Assembly: GCA_964447495.1 (NCBI GenBank)
Contig: CAYUTF010000015.1
Span: 10,387-56,065 of the forward strand
From: an uncultured archaeon
Lineage (GTDB): Archaea; Asgardarchaeota; Lokiarchaeia; Sigyniarchaeales; SOKP01
Direction: 5' to 3'
Length of the DNA: 45,679 bases
Position 1 is the first letter of the stretch. Every line of letters begins with the position of its first letter. The notes below the pieces were generated by a model, which saw nothing but the letters and a program-made list of their open reading frames with translations, ran no database searches and had not been told where the DNA came from. The position numbers and the translations under genes were made by a program. Of this stretch, positions 9,198 to 17,969 are shown piece after piece.

Positions 9198-12100
9198 ATG
9201 GTTGAATTAAGTAGAGAAATGGAGCAGTATTTCAAAGAAATCCATGACCGCGTTGATCAATGTTATGCCATTGCGGAAATCGCGCGGAAAAAAGGTATAG
9301 ATCCAGAAAGGTTTGTCGAGTCTCCTCAAGCAAAAGATCTGGCAGGGAGAGTTGAAAAATTAGTAGGTCCTGAGGGTGTTGCTCAAATTATACGTGATTT
9401 AAAGAGAGAGGGAAAAAGTGATGATGAGATTGTATTTCAAGTAGTAACTGATATTTTAGACCAAAAGATTGGACAAATTAAATCATTAGATGATCGCGTC
9501 GAAAGAGCAATAAGAGTAGGTTTAGCTATTAAAACGATGGGAGTAGTAAGTGCTCCGTTAGAAGGTATTTCTAAAATATTAATAAGAAAAGATCAACAAA
9601 ATAGAAGATATTTATCTTTATATTTTGCAGGTCCAATAAGAGCTGCAGGAGGGACTACAGCTGCCTTATGTGTATTAATAGCTGATTATGTACGAAAAAA
9701 GTCAAACCTTCCTAAATACGAGGCAACAGAAGCCGAGATTGGTAGATATGTCGAGGAAGTTAAAATGTATGATAGAAGGGTCCATCTACAATATCCTTCA
9801 TCAAATGCTGAAATTAGATTTGCTGTTGAAAATCTTCCTGTTGAAATCAATGGTGATTCTACTGAAGATGAAGAAGTATCAGCTTTTAGAAATTTACCAA
9901 GAATAGAAACCAATAAAATTCGGGGAGGAGCATGCTTAGTTCTCAATGATGGAATTATATCTAAATCTCCAAAGCTTCTTAAAATTACTAAAACTATGAA
10001 GTTAGATGGTTGGGATTGGTTAGCGGATTTAAAAAAAATTGCACAAACAGAGCAAGAAATTGAAAAAAAAAAGGAACCAAAAAAAACCCAAAATCAAAAA
10101 ATTACACCAAATTTCAAATATATATCAGATATAATTGCCGGCAGACCTGTTTTTAGTCATCCATCTAAAATTGGTGGTCATCGTATTCGTTATGGAAGAT
10201 CTAGAAACACAGGTCTAGCAGCTGCAGGAATACATCCAGCTACTATGGCTATTTTAGATGATTTCATAGCAATTGGGACCCAATTAAGGATTGAGAGACC
10301 CGGCAAAAGCACAAGTATATGCCCTGTAGATTCAATTGAGCCTCCCTTAGTAAAATTGAAGAATGGAAATGTTGAAAAAGTAAAAACTAGAAAATTAGCA
10401 AAGAAGTATTTCCCAGAGATAAAAGAAATCCTTTTCTTAGGTGATATCTTGTTTGGATTTGGAGAATTTACTGAAAATAATCATAAATTAATTCCCTCTG
10501 GTTATGTGGAAGAATGGTGGGCTTTGGATTTAGAAAAAACGACTAAAAATCAAAAGAATTTAGATTCTGAAGTAGGAGGTTTTATTGAAGAACCTTTCAT
10601 AAATATTCCTAACGCAAAGCAAGCAATTGATTTATCTACAAAATTCAATATTCCCCTACATCCGAAATATACTTTTTTTTGGGATAATTTCGAATTTCAA
10701 GAATTAGAAAAGTTGAGGGGTGCATTAATTTCATGTTTCAATTCATCTCAAGGAAAGATTATTCTGGATATTGATGATGAAATTAAATTATTACTCGAGA
10801 AAGCATTTATTCCTCATCGAATCATTAATGGAAAAATATTATTCAATAAAAATATTAATTATACCTTAATTCGAATTTTTAACCTTCAAAATGGTGATAA
10901 AGTACACTTGGATAATTTTACTGATCCTTTTACATATTTTTACAATTACTCTTCAATAATCATAAAAAGCAAATATCCCTATTTCATGGGGACCAGAATG
11001 GGAAGACCAGAGAAATCCGAAAGAAAAAGCATGAAAGGTATTCACACTTTATTTCCTTTAAGTGATAAAGTTGGAAATTCAAGATTAGTTGAAAAAGCTA
11101 TAGAATTAGAAAAGATCAAAATTGATGTGTGTCGGAAATTATGTCCCAAATGTAATAATATCTCAATTTTTAATATATGTCCTGAATGTGGAACTCACAC
11201 TGTCTTACAAAAAATATGTTTGAATTGTAAGAAAAATTATCCTAAAAACGAAGACATATGCCCGCAATGTGGAGAACTTTTGAAGTTTTCTTCAGAAGCT
11301 GCATTTAATATGAAAAATCATATTAATTTAGTATTAAAAAAGAAGGGAATGAATTTACCTAAAAAATTCAAGGGAATAATAGGCTTAACTAATCAATTTA
11401 AGATTCCAGAACCGATTGAAAAAGGAATTTTAAGAGCAAAAAATGAATTATTAGTATATAAAACAGCAGAAATTAGATATGATGCCACAGATATTCCGTT
11501 AACCCATTTTAAACCGAATGAAATCAAGACAGAAGTTAATGTATTAAAGAAACTAGGTTATAACACAGATTATAAAGGAAAAGAATTAAAAGATGATAAT
11601 CAAATATGTGAGTTAAAAGTACAAGACATTCTTCTTTCAGAAGATTGTGCAGAATATTTCGTAAAAGTAGCTAATTTTCTTGACGATGAACTTGAATTTA
11701 TATATAATTTGGAGAGATTTTATAATATTTCGGAAAAAGAGGATTTAATAGGTCATTTAACAGTTGGTTTAGCTCCTCATACAAGTGCGGGAATAATTGG
11801 CAGAATCATAGGGTTTTCTCCCGCAAGATCTATTTATGCTCACCCCTTTTGGCATGCTGCAAAGCGTAGAAATTGTGATGGGGATGAAGATGGAATTATG
11901 ATGCTTTTAGATCCTTTATTAAACTTCTCAAGATATTATCTACCAAGTAAAATTGGTGGGCGGATGGATGCAACTTTAGTTATTTCAACAAAATTAGATC
12001 CAAATGAAATAGATGTAGAAGCTCATAATATAGATACACTCTATAAATACCCTATAGAATTCTTTGAAGCAACACAAAAATATTGTAATCCCTCAGAAAT

Positions 12101-12632
12101 TGAAGATTCTATGGATTTAGTAAAAAATCATCTTAAAAAAGGAAATAAATATGAAAATATTGGATACAATATACCTACTTCAGATATCAATAATGGTCCC
12201 ACTACAAGTTCTTATAAAACTTATGAAAATATGGACGATAAAATTGATGCTCAATTACATTTAGCAAAAATTATTAAAGCTGTTGATGAGAGGAATGTGG
12301 CTGAAAAAATTTTATCTACACACTTTAATCCTGATATACTTGGGAATCTGAGGAAATTTGCAGTACAAGAATTTAGATGTGTGAATTGCAATCAAAAATA
12401 TAAAAGACCCCCGATTTCAAATGCAGGAAATTGTCCAAAGTGCGGAGGTAATATTATTTTAACAGTTAATAGAGGAGGTATAGAAAAATATATACCACGG
12501 GCGATTAATTTATGTAAAACATTCAATTTGGATTCGTATACAATTCAGCGTATGGAACTTACTCAGGAATATGTTGAGAGTTTAACAAATAATCCTAAAG
12601 TAAAACAACAAAAGTTATCAGATTTTTTCTAA
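9198..12632 (+). CDS. polC: DNA polymerase D large subunit DP2
   Basis: YFAGPIRAAGGT, RYGRSRNTG, MGRPEK, Zn fingers, catalytic AAKRRNCDGDED, C-terminal FRCVNC..CPKCGG. No intein. Confidence 0.98.
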   Translation: MVELSREMEQYFKEIHDRVDQCYAIAEIARKKGIDPERFVESPQAKDLAGRVEKLVGPEGVAQIIRDLKREGKSDDEIVFQVVTDILDQKIGQIKSLDDRVERAIRVGLAIKTMGVVSAPLEGISKILIRKDQQNRRYLSLYFAGPIRAAGGTTAALCVLIADYVRKKSNLPKYEATEAEIGRYVEEVKMYDRRVHLQYPSSNAEIRFAVENLPVEINGDSTEDEEVSAFRNLPRIETNKIRGGACLVLNDGIISKSPKLLKITKTMKLDGWDWLADLKKIAQTEQEIEKKKEPKKTQNQKITPNFKYISDIIAGRPVFSHPSKIGGHRIRYGRSRNTGLAAAGIHPATMAILDDFIAIGTQLRIERPGKSTSICPVDSIEPPLVKLKNGNVEKVKTRKLAKKYFPEIKEILFLGDILFGFGEFTENNHKLIPSGYVEEWWALDLEKTTKNQKNLDSEVGGFIEEPFINIPNAKQAIDLSTKFNIPLHPKYTFFWDNFEFQELEKLRGALISCFNSSQGKIILDIDDEIKLLLEKAFIPHRIINGKILFNKNINYTLIRIFNLQNGDKVHLDNFTDPFTYFYNYSSIIIKSKYPYFMGTRMGRPEKSERKSMKGIHTLFPLSDKVGNSRLVEKAIELEKIKIDVCRKLCPKCNNISIFNICPECGTHTVLQKICLNCKKNYPKNEDICPQCGELLKFSSEAAFNMKNHINLVLKKKGMNLPKKFKGIIGLTNQFKIPEPIEKGILRAKNELLVYKTAEIRYDATDIPLTHFKPNEIKTEVNVLKKLGYNTDYKGKELKDDNQICELKVQDILLSEDCAEYFVKVANFLDDELEFIYNLERFYNISEKEDLIGHLTVGLAPHTSAGIIGRIIGFSPARSIYAHPFWHAAKRRNCDGDEDGIMMLLDPLLNFSRYYLPSKIGGRMDATLVISTKLDPNEIDVEAHNIDTLYKYPIEFFEATQKYCNPSEIEDSMDLVKNHLKKGNKYENIGYNIPTSDINNGPTTSSYKTYENMDDKIDAQLHLAKIIKAVDERNVAEKILSTHFNPDILGNLRKFAVQEFRCVNCNQKYKRPPISNAGNCPKCGGNIILTVNRGGIEKYIPRAINLCKTFNLDSYTIQRMELTQEYVESLTNNPKVKQQKLSDFF

Positions 12633-13841
12633 GCTACTTTTTTTTGAATCTAACAACATAATCGTATTATAGCATATTTCTAAGCATGCATTTAAATTTC
12701 TTGATGAACATCTTTCTGGTTTATCTTTTGACGAATGAATATATTTAGAATCTTTTTCTGAATGAAAACATGCTACTTGTAATTTTGTATGGGTTTTTTT
12801 AGCTAATGATCGAAAAGTAAGATAATCACTTTTTGGTCTTATTATCTTGTTGTAGTTTACTAAAGGTACACCTAGATTTTTAGCACAAATATTAAAATTT
12901 TTATTTAAATCTGTATTAATAGATTTTTGTCTAATACCAACTTTATTTAAAAGCCCAATGTAGGAACCAACCATATCAATGTTGATTGCATATGACTTTT
13001 CTAAATCATATGTTCTGGACAAGTCCTCTATATGCTTTTCGCAGAATCGCTTTGAACCAATCATGCCCCATTCTTCAGCTCCAACCCATAAGAATATCAC
13101 ATCATAATTTTCTAAAGGTGTTTTATTAACAATTTTTGCAAGTTCTAACAAAATCGATACCCCACTCGCATTATCAATAGAACCACATGAATTTTTTTTA
13201 TCATATATCAGTAGGAATATAAACAAAATAATTACAAATTCGATTAATGTAGTGATATAAACTAAATTTATTAAAAGGGTATCAGAAATCTGATCAGAAA
13301 AGAAATCAGCGATTATTAATAAAGATAATGAAATCATAACTACAAAATAGGGTAATATTATTGTTCTAAAGACAAAAAACAAAACATTCTGTATCCTATA
13401 AGGAACATTTGCAGAAAAGGAGTCATAATGGGCGCTAAAAATAATAAGTGGTCTCATTTTCTCCTTATTTTTCGCTTTTATCTTTGCATAAATGTTTTTT
13501 GATTGTTCTTTTTGAATAAGAGACATTTTTCGCATTGATGCAGACATATATTTTATCGCAAAATAGGCAGCAACTAATATAATTAACCGATAAAGAATTA
13601 GATAACTAAATAGTATAACGTAGGTAATTCTCATTAAAATCCTTTTAGGCCCCGTCCATTCAAAATATTCTGTTTTGGTTTTAATATTTCCTTGGTTTAA
13701 TACGTTATCAATATATTTAACAGCTAGGCTCTCTCCTTCGGTGGTGGCAGTACGGTTAAAAGCGAGATTTTTTACGTGGTTTATTGTTGCAGAATCATCA
13801 ACCAGTTCAGATTCCAAAATATTTTTCATCACATATTGCAT
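12618..13841 (-). CDS. M28-family metallopeptidase with inserted transmembrane segments
   Basis: SAHYD, GSIDNASG, GAEEWG, NIDMVG and HSSKD metal-ligand motifs, with hydrophobic helices between them. Confidence 0.85.
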   Translation of the reverse strand: MQYVMKNILESELVDDSATINHVKNLAFNRTATTEGESLAVKYIDNVLNQGNIKTKTEYFEWTGPKRILMRITYVILFSYLILYRLIILVAAYFAIKYMSASMRKMSLIQKEQSKNIYAKIKAKNKEKMRPLIIFSAHYDSFSANVPYRIQNVLFFVFRTIILPYFVVMISLSLLIIADFFSDQISDTLLINLVYITTLIEFVIILFIFLLIYDKKNSCGSIDNASGVSILLELAKIVNKTPLENYDVIFLWVGAEEWGMIGSKRFCEKHIEDLSRTYDLEKSYAINIDMVGSYIGLLNKVGIRQKSINTDLNKNFNICAKNLGVPLVNYNKIIRPKSDYLTFRSLAKKTHTKLQVACFHSEKDSKYIHSSKDKPERCSSRNLNACLEICYNTIMLLDSKKSSLEKI

Positions 13842-14130
13842 GATTTTGTAAACTTATCTAATTTTGGTTTTTTTTTTATTTGAATTTTGTATGTATTACT
13901 TACAAAAAATATATATAATTCACTTCAATTAAGAATTGAACCCATTTATAGAGTTGTTAACTGTACTTCAAACAGAAGTATGAAGTTTACTGATAATTTT
14001 TAGTTAGTTATGAATTGTTTAAAAACTCAAGAAATCCCCAACAAAAAAGATTTTTAAAATTTAAGTTCCTTAATACCTTAAACTAAAATATTAATTATAG
14101 ATATCTTTTTTTTACAATAATCTATAATTT

Positions 14131-14232
14131 GCAGGAGTCGCCAAGCCTGGTCAAAGTAAAATTACAACCAACGGCGCTAGACTGAGGTTCTAGTCTCATA
14201 GGAGTACGAGGGTTCGAATCCCTCCTCCTGCA
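14131..14232 (+). tRNA. tRNA-Leu(GAG) with a 17-nt D-arm intron at 21/22 (14155-14171)
   Basis: Acceptor GCAGGAG/CTCCTGC, anticodon arm CTAGA-CTGAGGT-TCTAG, long variable arm, GGTTCGAATCC. Removing the BHB intron restores GCCAAGCCTGGTCAACGGCG. Confidence 0.92.
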
Positions 14233-14352
14233 TTTCCATTAATAGGGAATTGAGCTCTAGAGAATAAGTAATTAACATAAAATACCAACTCTGATAACCC
14301 TATGATTCTATATCATGTCTCCTCTTATTATAATATAAAGTGAATTATAACT

Positions 14353-14545
14353 TTAGATACAATAATTGCATACGGTTCGTAAAATGAATATTTTCTCCTT
14401 CTTATCGTCGAATCGAATGTGAAGCATAAATTTTGCGGTCTCGATTCTCACATTACAAAGATCGTATTAGATAAGGTTGACGGGATTTTTGTAAATCTTT
14501 TTCGTTAGATAATTTATGCCTTTTTGATCTAAAAATATTTTTATT
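14353..14545 (-). pseudogene. Possible degraded small Zn-binding protein gene
   Basis: The minus frame reads ...INYLTKKIYKNPVNLI*YDLCNVRIETAKFMLHIRFDDKKEKIFILRTVCNYCI*, with an in-frame stop and a residual (Y)xxC...CxxC. Confidence 0.25.
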
Positions 14546-14613
14546 ATGACAGTATTAATTCATTAATATAGGTATTATTTCAATATAAAATATTAACAGG
14601 TAGTTGTGGATTC

Positions 14614-15627
14614 TTGTCTGTTGACACAAAAAAGTTACAAGCTTTACTTCAATGGTATAAGCAGAGTATAGGTGATAATTTAGTTGCCGCTCTTGTAGTA
14701 AACCGGGAAGGCCTAGTCATAGATGCACTAGTTAGTTCTCCAGAAAAAACGGTAGATGAAGAAATTATTGGAGGTGTTAGCGCTCTTGTAGAACCTGTAT
14801 TAACTAGAATCACAAAAGAATTTAGTTCGGGTTCTTTTGGAACGGGCACATTCGATACAGAAGAATATCGGTTCATATTTTGTGAAGCTGGTCCTGATGC
14901 TGTTTTTGTTACTGTTTTAACAGCAATTGCAGGAGTGGATCCTGTTTTTCCATATGCTTATTTGACAGCTGAGAAAATTGCGAGGATTTTTGATGGTAGA
15001 ACCGTTAGTCCAGTTATCCCAAAGCTTATTTCTACTAATAATGTTGCAAATATTGAAAGAAAAATAGAAAAATTACAAAAAATAAAAATCAAATCGGGAG
15101 AATATGCTTTTAAACTAATCTTGGGAGGAGATGGTGCTGTTGGAAAGACAAGCCTCGTTCATAGGTTTGTCGAAAATACTTTTGCAAAAGATTATAAATC
15201 AACTATCGGTACATCGATCATGAAAAAAGAATGTACTTTTAAAGAGTTAGAGAGCACGGTTCGATTTGTGATCTGGGATTTAGCAGGCCAGAGTCAGTTT
15301 AAACGAGTCAGAAAATCATATTTAGCGAATGCTGAAGCGGGGATCTTAGTGTATGATGTAACTAATCGTAAATCTTATGAAAATATTGAAAATTGGTATA
15401 ACGAAATTAATGAAGCTTCATCAAATATCTCTCTTATTTTAGTTGGAAATAAAATTGATTTGAAAGATAATCGCGAAGTTAAAACAACTGAGGGTAATGA
15501 ATTGGCAGAGAAATTGGGATTGTCTTATGTAGAGACATCAGCAAAAACCGGTGAAAATATTGATGATGCCTTCAAAATGCTTGCATTATTAATAGTTAAA
15601 AAATATGTTATTACTGAGGATATATAA
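14614..15627 (+). CDS. Roadblock/LC7 domain fused to a Rab/Ras-like small GTPase
   Basis: N-terminal 'LVAALVVNREGLVI...IGGVSAL...FIFCEAGPDAVFVTV' roadblock fold; G1 GDGAVGKT, G3 WDLAGQ, G4 NKID, G5 TSAK. TTG start. Confidence 0.9.
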   Translation: MSVDTKKLQALLQWYKQSIGDNLVAALVVNREGLVIDALVSSPEKTVDEEIIGGVSALVEPVLTRITKEFSSGSFGTGTFDTEEYRFIFCEAGPDAVFVTVLTAIAGVDPVFPYAYLTAEKIARIFDGRTVSPVIPKLISTNNVANIERKIEKLQKIKIKSGEYAFKLILGGDGAVGKTSLVHRFVENTFAKDYKSTIGTSIMKKECTFKELESTVRFVIWDLAGQSQFKRVRKSYLANAEAGILVYDVTNRKSYENIENWYNEINEASSNISLILVGNKIDLKDNREVKTTEGNELAEKLGLSYVETSAKTGENIDDAFKMLALLIVKKYVITEDI

Positions 15628-15631
15628 ATAG

Positions 15632-15777
15632 AGCCCCTGGTGGGATTTTCGCATTCTGGGTAAATCCCTGAACGTATTGAACCCACGACCGATTGATAAC
15701 TCGTTATTGCTTTAACAATAATTACGAATCAATCGCTTTTGGCGTCTAAAAGTACCATACCACTAAGCCACAGAGGC
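15632..15777 (-). tRNA. tRNA-Thr(CGT) with three introns: 22/23 (15738-15756), 37/38 (15698-15722), 59/60 (15646-15675)
   Basis: Acceptor GCCTCTG/CAGGGGC with U discriminator. Excising three BHB-bounded introns (19, 25 and 30 nt) from 146 nt gives a 72-nt cloverleaf with ATTGA-TTCGTAA-TCAAT and GTGGG-TTCAATT-CCCAC. Confidence 0.9.
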
Positions 15778-15828
15778 AATAAGTTGATTTAATTATTATA
15801 AATATTAAAAAATTATAAAATTTTCCCA

Positions 15829-16839
15829 ATGACTTCTGAAAATAATATTCACAATCTAGGAGAGATTCAATTAATTAGTATAATTGAAGATTTAGTTTTA
15901 AAGGAAGCAGGAGAGAAGTTGATTAAGGATGATGCTTTTTTTTTTGAGATGCCCGAATCCAATAAAATATTAATTCTAAATACTGATATGTTTATTTCCA
16001 CTACTGATGCGCCCATTGAAATGAATTATTTTCAAATGGGACGTAAATCAGTTCTTATGAATATAAGCGATTTAGTTGTTAAGGGTGTAAGACCTCAAGG
16101 TATAATTATTTCGTTAGGATTACCTCCGGATTTAAGTGTATCCCAATTCAAAGATTTGATTAAAGGTATAATTGATTATTCAAAAAAATGGAATTTGAAG
16201 TATCTTGGAGGTGACCTTAATAAATCTAAAGAAGTAATTATAAATCCTACGGTTTTTGGGTTTAAGAATCCTGAAACTATCATACATCGAAACGGGATTA
16301 AAAAAGGAGATATTCTATTAATAAACAATAAATTTGGATTAACTAGTGTAGGGTTCGATATCCTTCTCAATCGAGGGGGGGATGTAAAAGATTTTCCTAA
16401 ATATAATCGATCATTAACAAGTGTTTTAGAACCGAGTTTCTTAGGAACTGAAGCATATTTCTTGTCGGATAGGGGTTTAGCTAGTACAAGTATTGATTCA
16501 TCAGATGGTTTAGTAAAGTCATTAAGAGATTTAATGTTATCAAATAAAGGTTTCGGTTTTGAAATTGAATTTGATGAAGATTTAATAGATTCTGAAGCAA
16601 TTGAGTATTCACAGGATTTTAATATTTCTTTAGAAAAATTAATTCTTAATGGAGGAGAAGAGTTCATTCATTTATTTACAATTCATCCCGAAAATTATGA
16701 AGAAATAATCAAATTGGTCAACTTACATGGTGGATCATTAATTAAGGTTGGAAAGGTAATTTCTAAAGAGAAGATTTATATAATCAGGGAAGGTAAAAGA
16801 ATCGAAATAACAAATCAGGGTTATGAGCATTTTAAATAA
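15829..16839 (+). CDS. thiL: Thiamine-monophosphate kinase
   Basis: LGEIQLI, DDA, NTD, NISDL, GGDL, IDSSDGL, GGEEF. Confidence 0.92.
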   Translation: MTSENNIHNLGEIQLISIIEDLVLKEAGEKLIKDDAFFFEMPESNKILILNTDMFISTTDAPIEMNYFQMGRKSVLMNISDLVVKGVRPQGIIISLGLPPDLSVSQFKDLIKGIIDYSKKWNLKYLGGDLNKSKEVIINPTVFGFKNPETIIHRNGIKKGDILLINNKFGLTSVGFDILLNRGGDVKDFPKYNRSLTSVLEPSFLGTEAYFLSDRGLASTSIDSSDGLVKSLRDLMLSNKGFGFEIEFDEDLIDSEAIEYSQDFNISLEKLILNGGEEFIHLFTIHPENYEEIIKLVNLHGGSLIKVGKVISKEKIYIIREGKRIEITNQGYEHFK

Positions 16840-16954
16840 CTTAAACTTACTTTTTTGTTGATACTTTTGATTGCCATGTCAATTTATTTAAATATCACTA
16901 AAAATTTATGATATAAAGAGTATTATCAAATTATAAAAGAAGAGATGAAAAACA

Positions 16955-17518
16955 ATGAGTAAGGTTTTAATTTTATATGGAACAAGATATGGTACTACTA
17001 AAGGAATTTCAGATGAAATTGAAAAGAATATCCAAGAAAAGGGAATAGCTACCGAAAGTTACAATTTAAAAGAAACTGATCTGAAACAGATACCTCCTTT
17101 ACAACAATATGATGGTATAATTTTAGGGACGGGTATTAAAATAAAACAATGGACAAAAGCAGTTAAGAAATTTATTGACAAAAAAAAATTAGAACTAAAA
17201 GAAACGCAAGAAAAATTGGGGTTTTATGTATGCTGTGGAGAAGCCTCAAAAAAAGATAATATCAATAACGCGATAAATAACTATATTACGTCAAAACTAG
17301 GGAAAGTGGGTTTAAAGCCTGCTTTAATCGATGCTTTCGGAGGGGCTTATGATTTAACAGAAGGGTCTGCTATTACTGGCATGACAAGAAAGATTGTTAT
17401 CGGTATTATGAAAAAGGAGGAAGGGATTGAGAATCCTGAAGGAAAAATGCATGATTTTCGAGACTGGGAACAAATTAAAGAGTTTACCAATAACTTTCTT
17501 AAATTATTGGATAAATAA
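16955..17518 (+). CDS. Flavodoxin-domain protein (HemG/Flavodoxin_5-like)
   Basis: LYGTRYGTTKGI FMN loop, YDGIILG, FGGAY, DFRDWEQI. Confidence 0.85.
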   Translation: MSKVLILYGTRYGTTKGISDEIEKNIQEKGIATESYNLKETDLKQIPPLQQYDGIILGTGIKIKQWTKAVKKFIDKKKLELKETQEKLGFYVCCGEASKKDNINNAINNYITSKLGKVGLKPALIDAFGGAYDLTEGSAITGMTRKIVIGIMKKEEGIENPEGKMHDFRDWEQIKEFTNNFLKLLDK

Positions 17519-17770
17519 TTGACTGAATTGATACACTAAAAGAATTAATCATTTTCTTATTTCTTGACCAAGGCTTTTATCGAAATATTGAATTCAAAGA
17601 AGTCATAAATCTTTAATTTAATCATAAGAAATTAAAATAAATTTTTATATAAATTGAGGATTTCAAGTTCATAATATTAGAGATAAACTTTAAGTTAAAT
17701 TATTTATTATCAATTCTATTGATCAAGTTAACTAAAGAGCAAAAGTTATAACCTCTCTGAATGATCATTT

Positions 17771-17869
17771 GGGCCATTAGCGCAGGCAGGTAGCGCGGCA
17801 GGCTTTTAACCTGAAACTTGCTTATCAACGCAAGCAGGATGGTCGTGGGTTCAATTCCCACATGGCCCG
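17771..17869 (+). tRNA. tRNA-Lys(TTT) with a 25-nt intron at 44/45 (17816-17840)
   Basis: Acceptor GGGCCAT/ATGGCCC with G discriminator; D stem GCGC/GCGC; anticodon loop CTTTTAA; BHB CCTG-AAA-CTTGC/GCAAG-CAGG-ATG. Mature length 74 nt. Confidence 0.92.
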
Positions 17870-17969
17870 TTTATTTTTAATGATTTCTTAATCCTTTGAA
17901 AGTAAAAAAATTATATTTTAGTAAATACTATAATGCTAAATTTTATGTTTTTAGTTAAATCATCTAATT

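Noticed and set aside
10072-10084. Poly-A run in DP2 as a possible frameshift or phase-variation site
   Set aside because: The frame is intact; the run encodes a Lys-rich linker typical of an AT-rich genome.
14233-15631. Integrated element between the two tRNA genes
   Set aside because: No integrase and no duplicated tRNA 3' end (att site).
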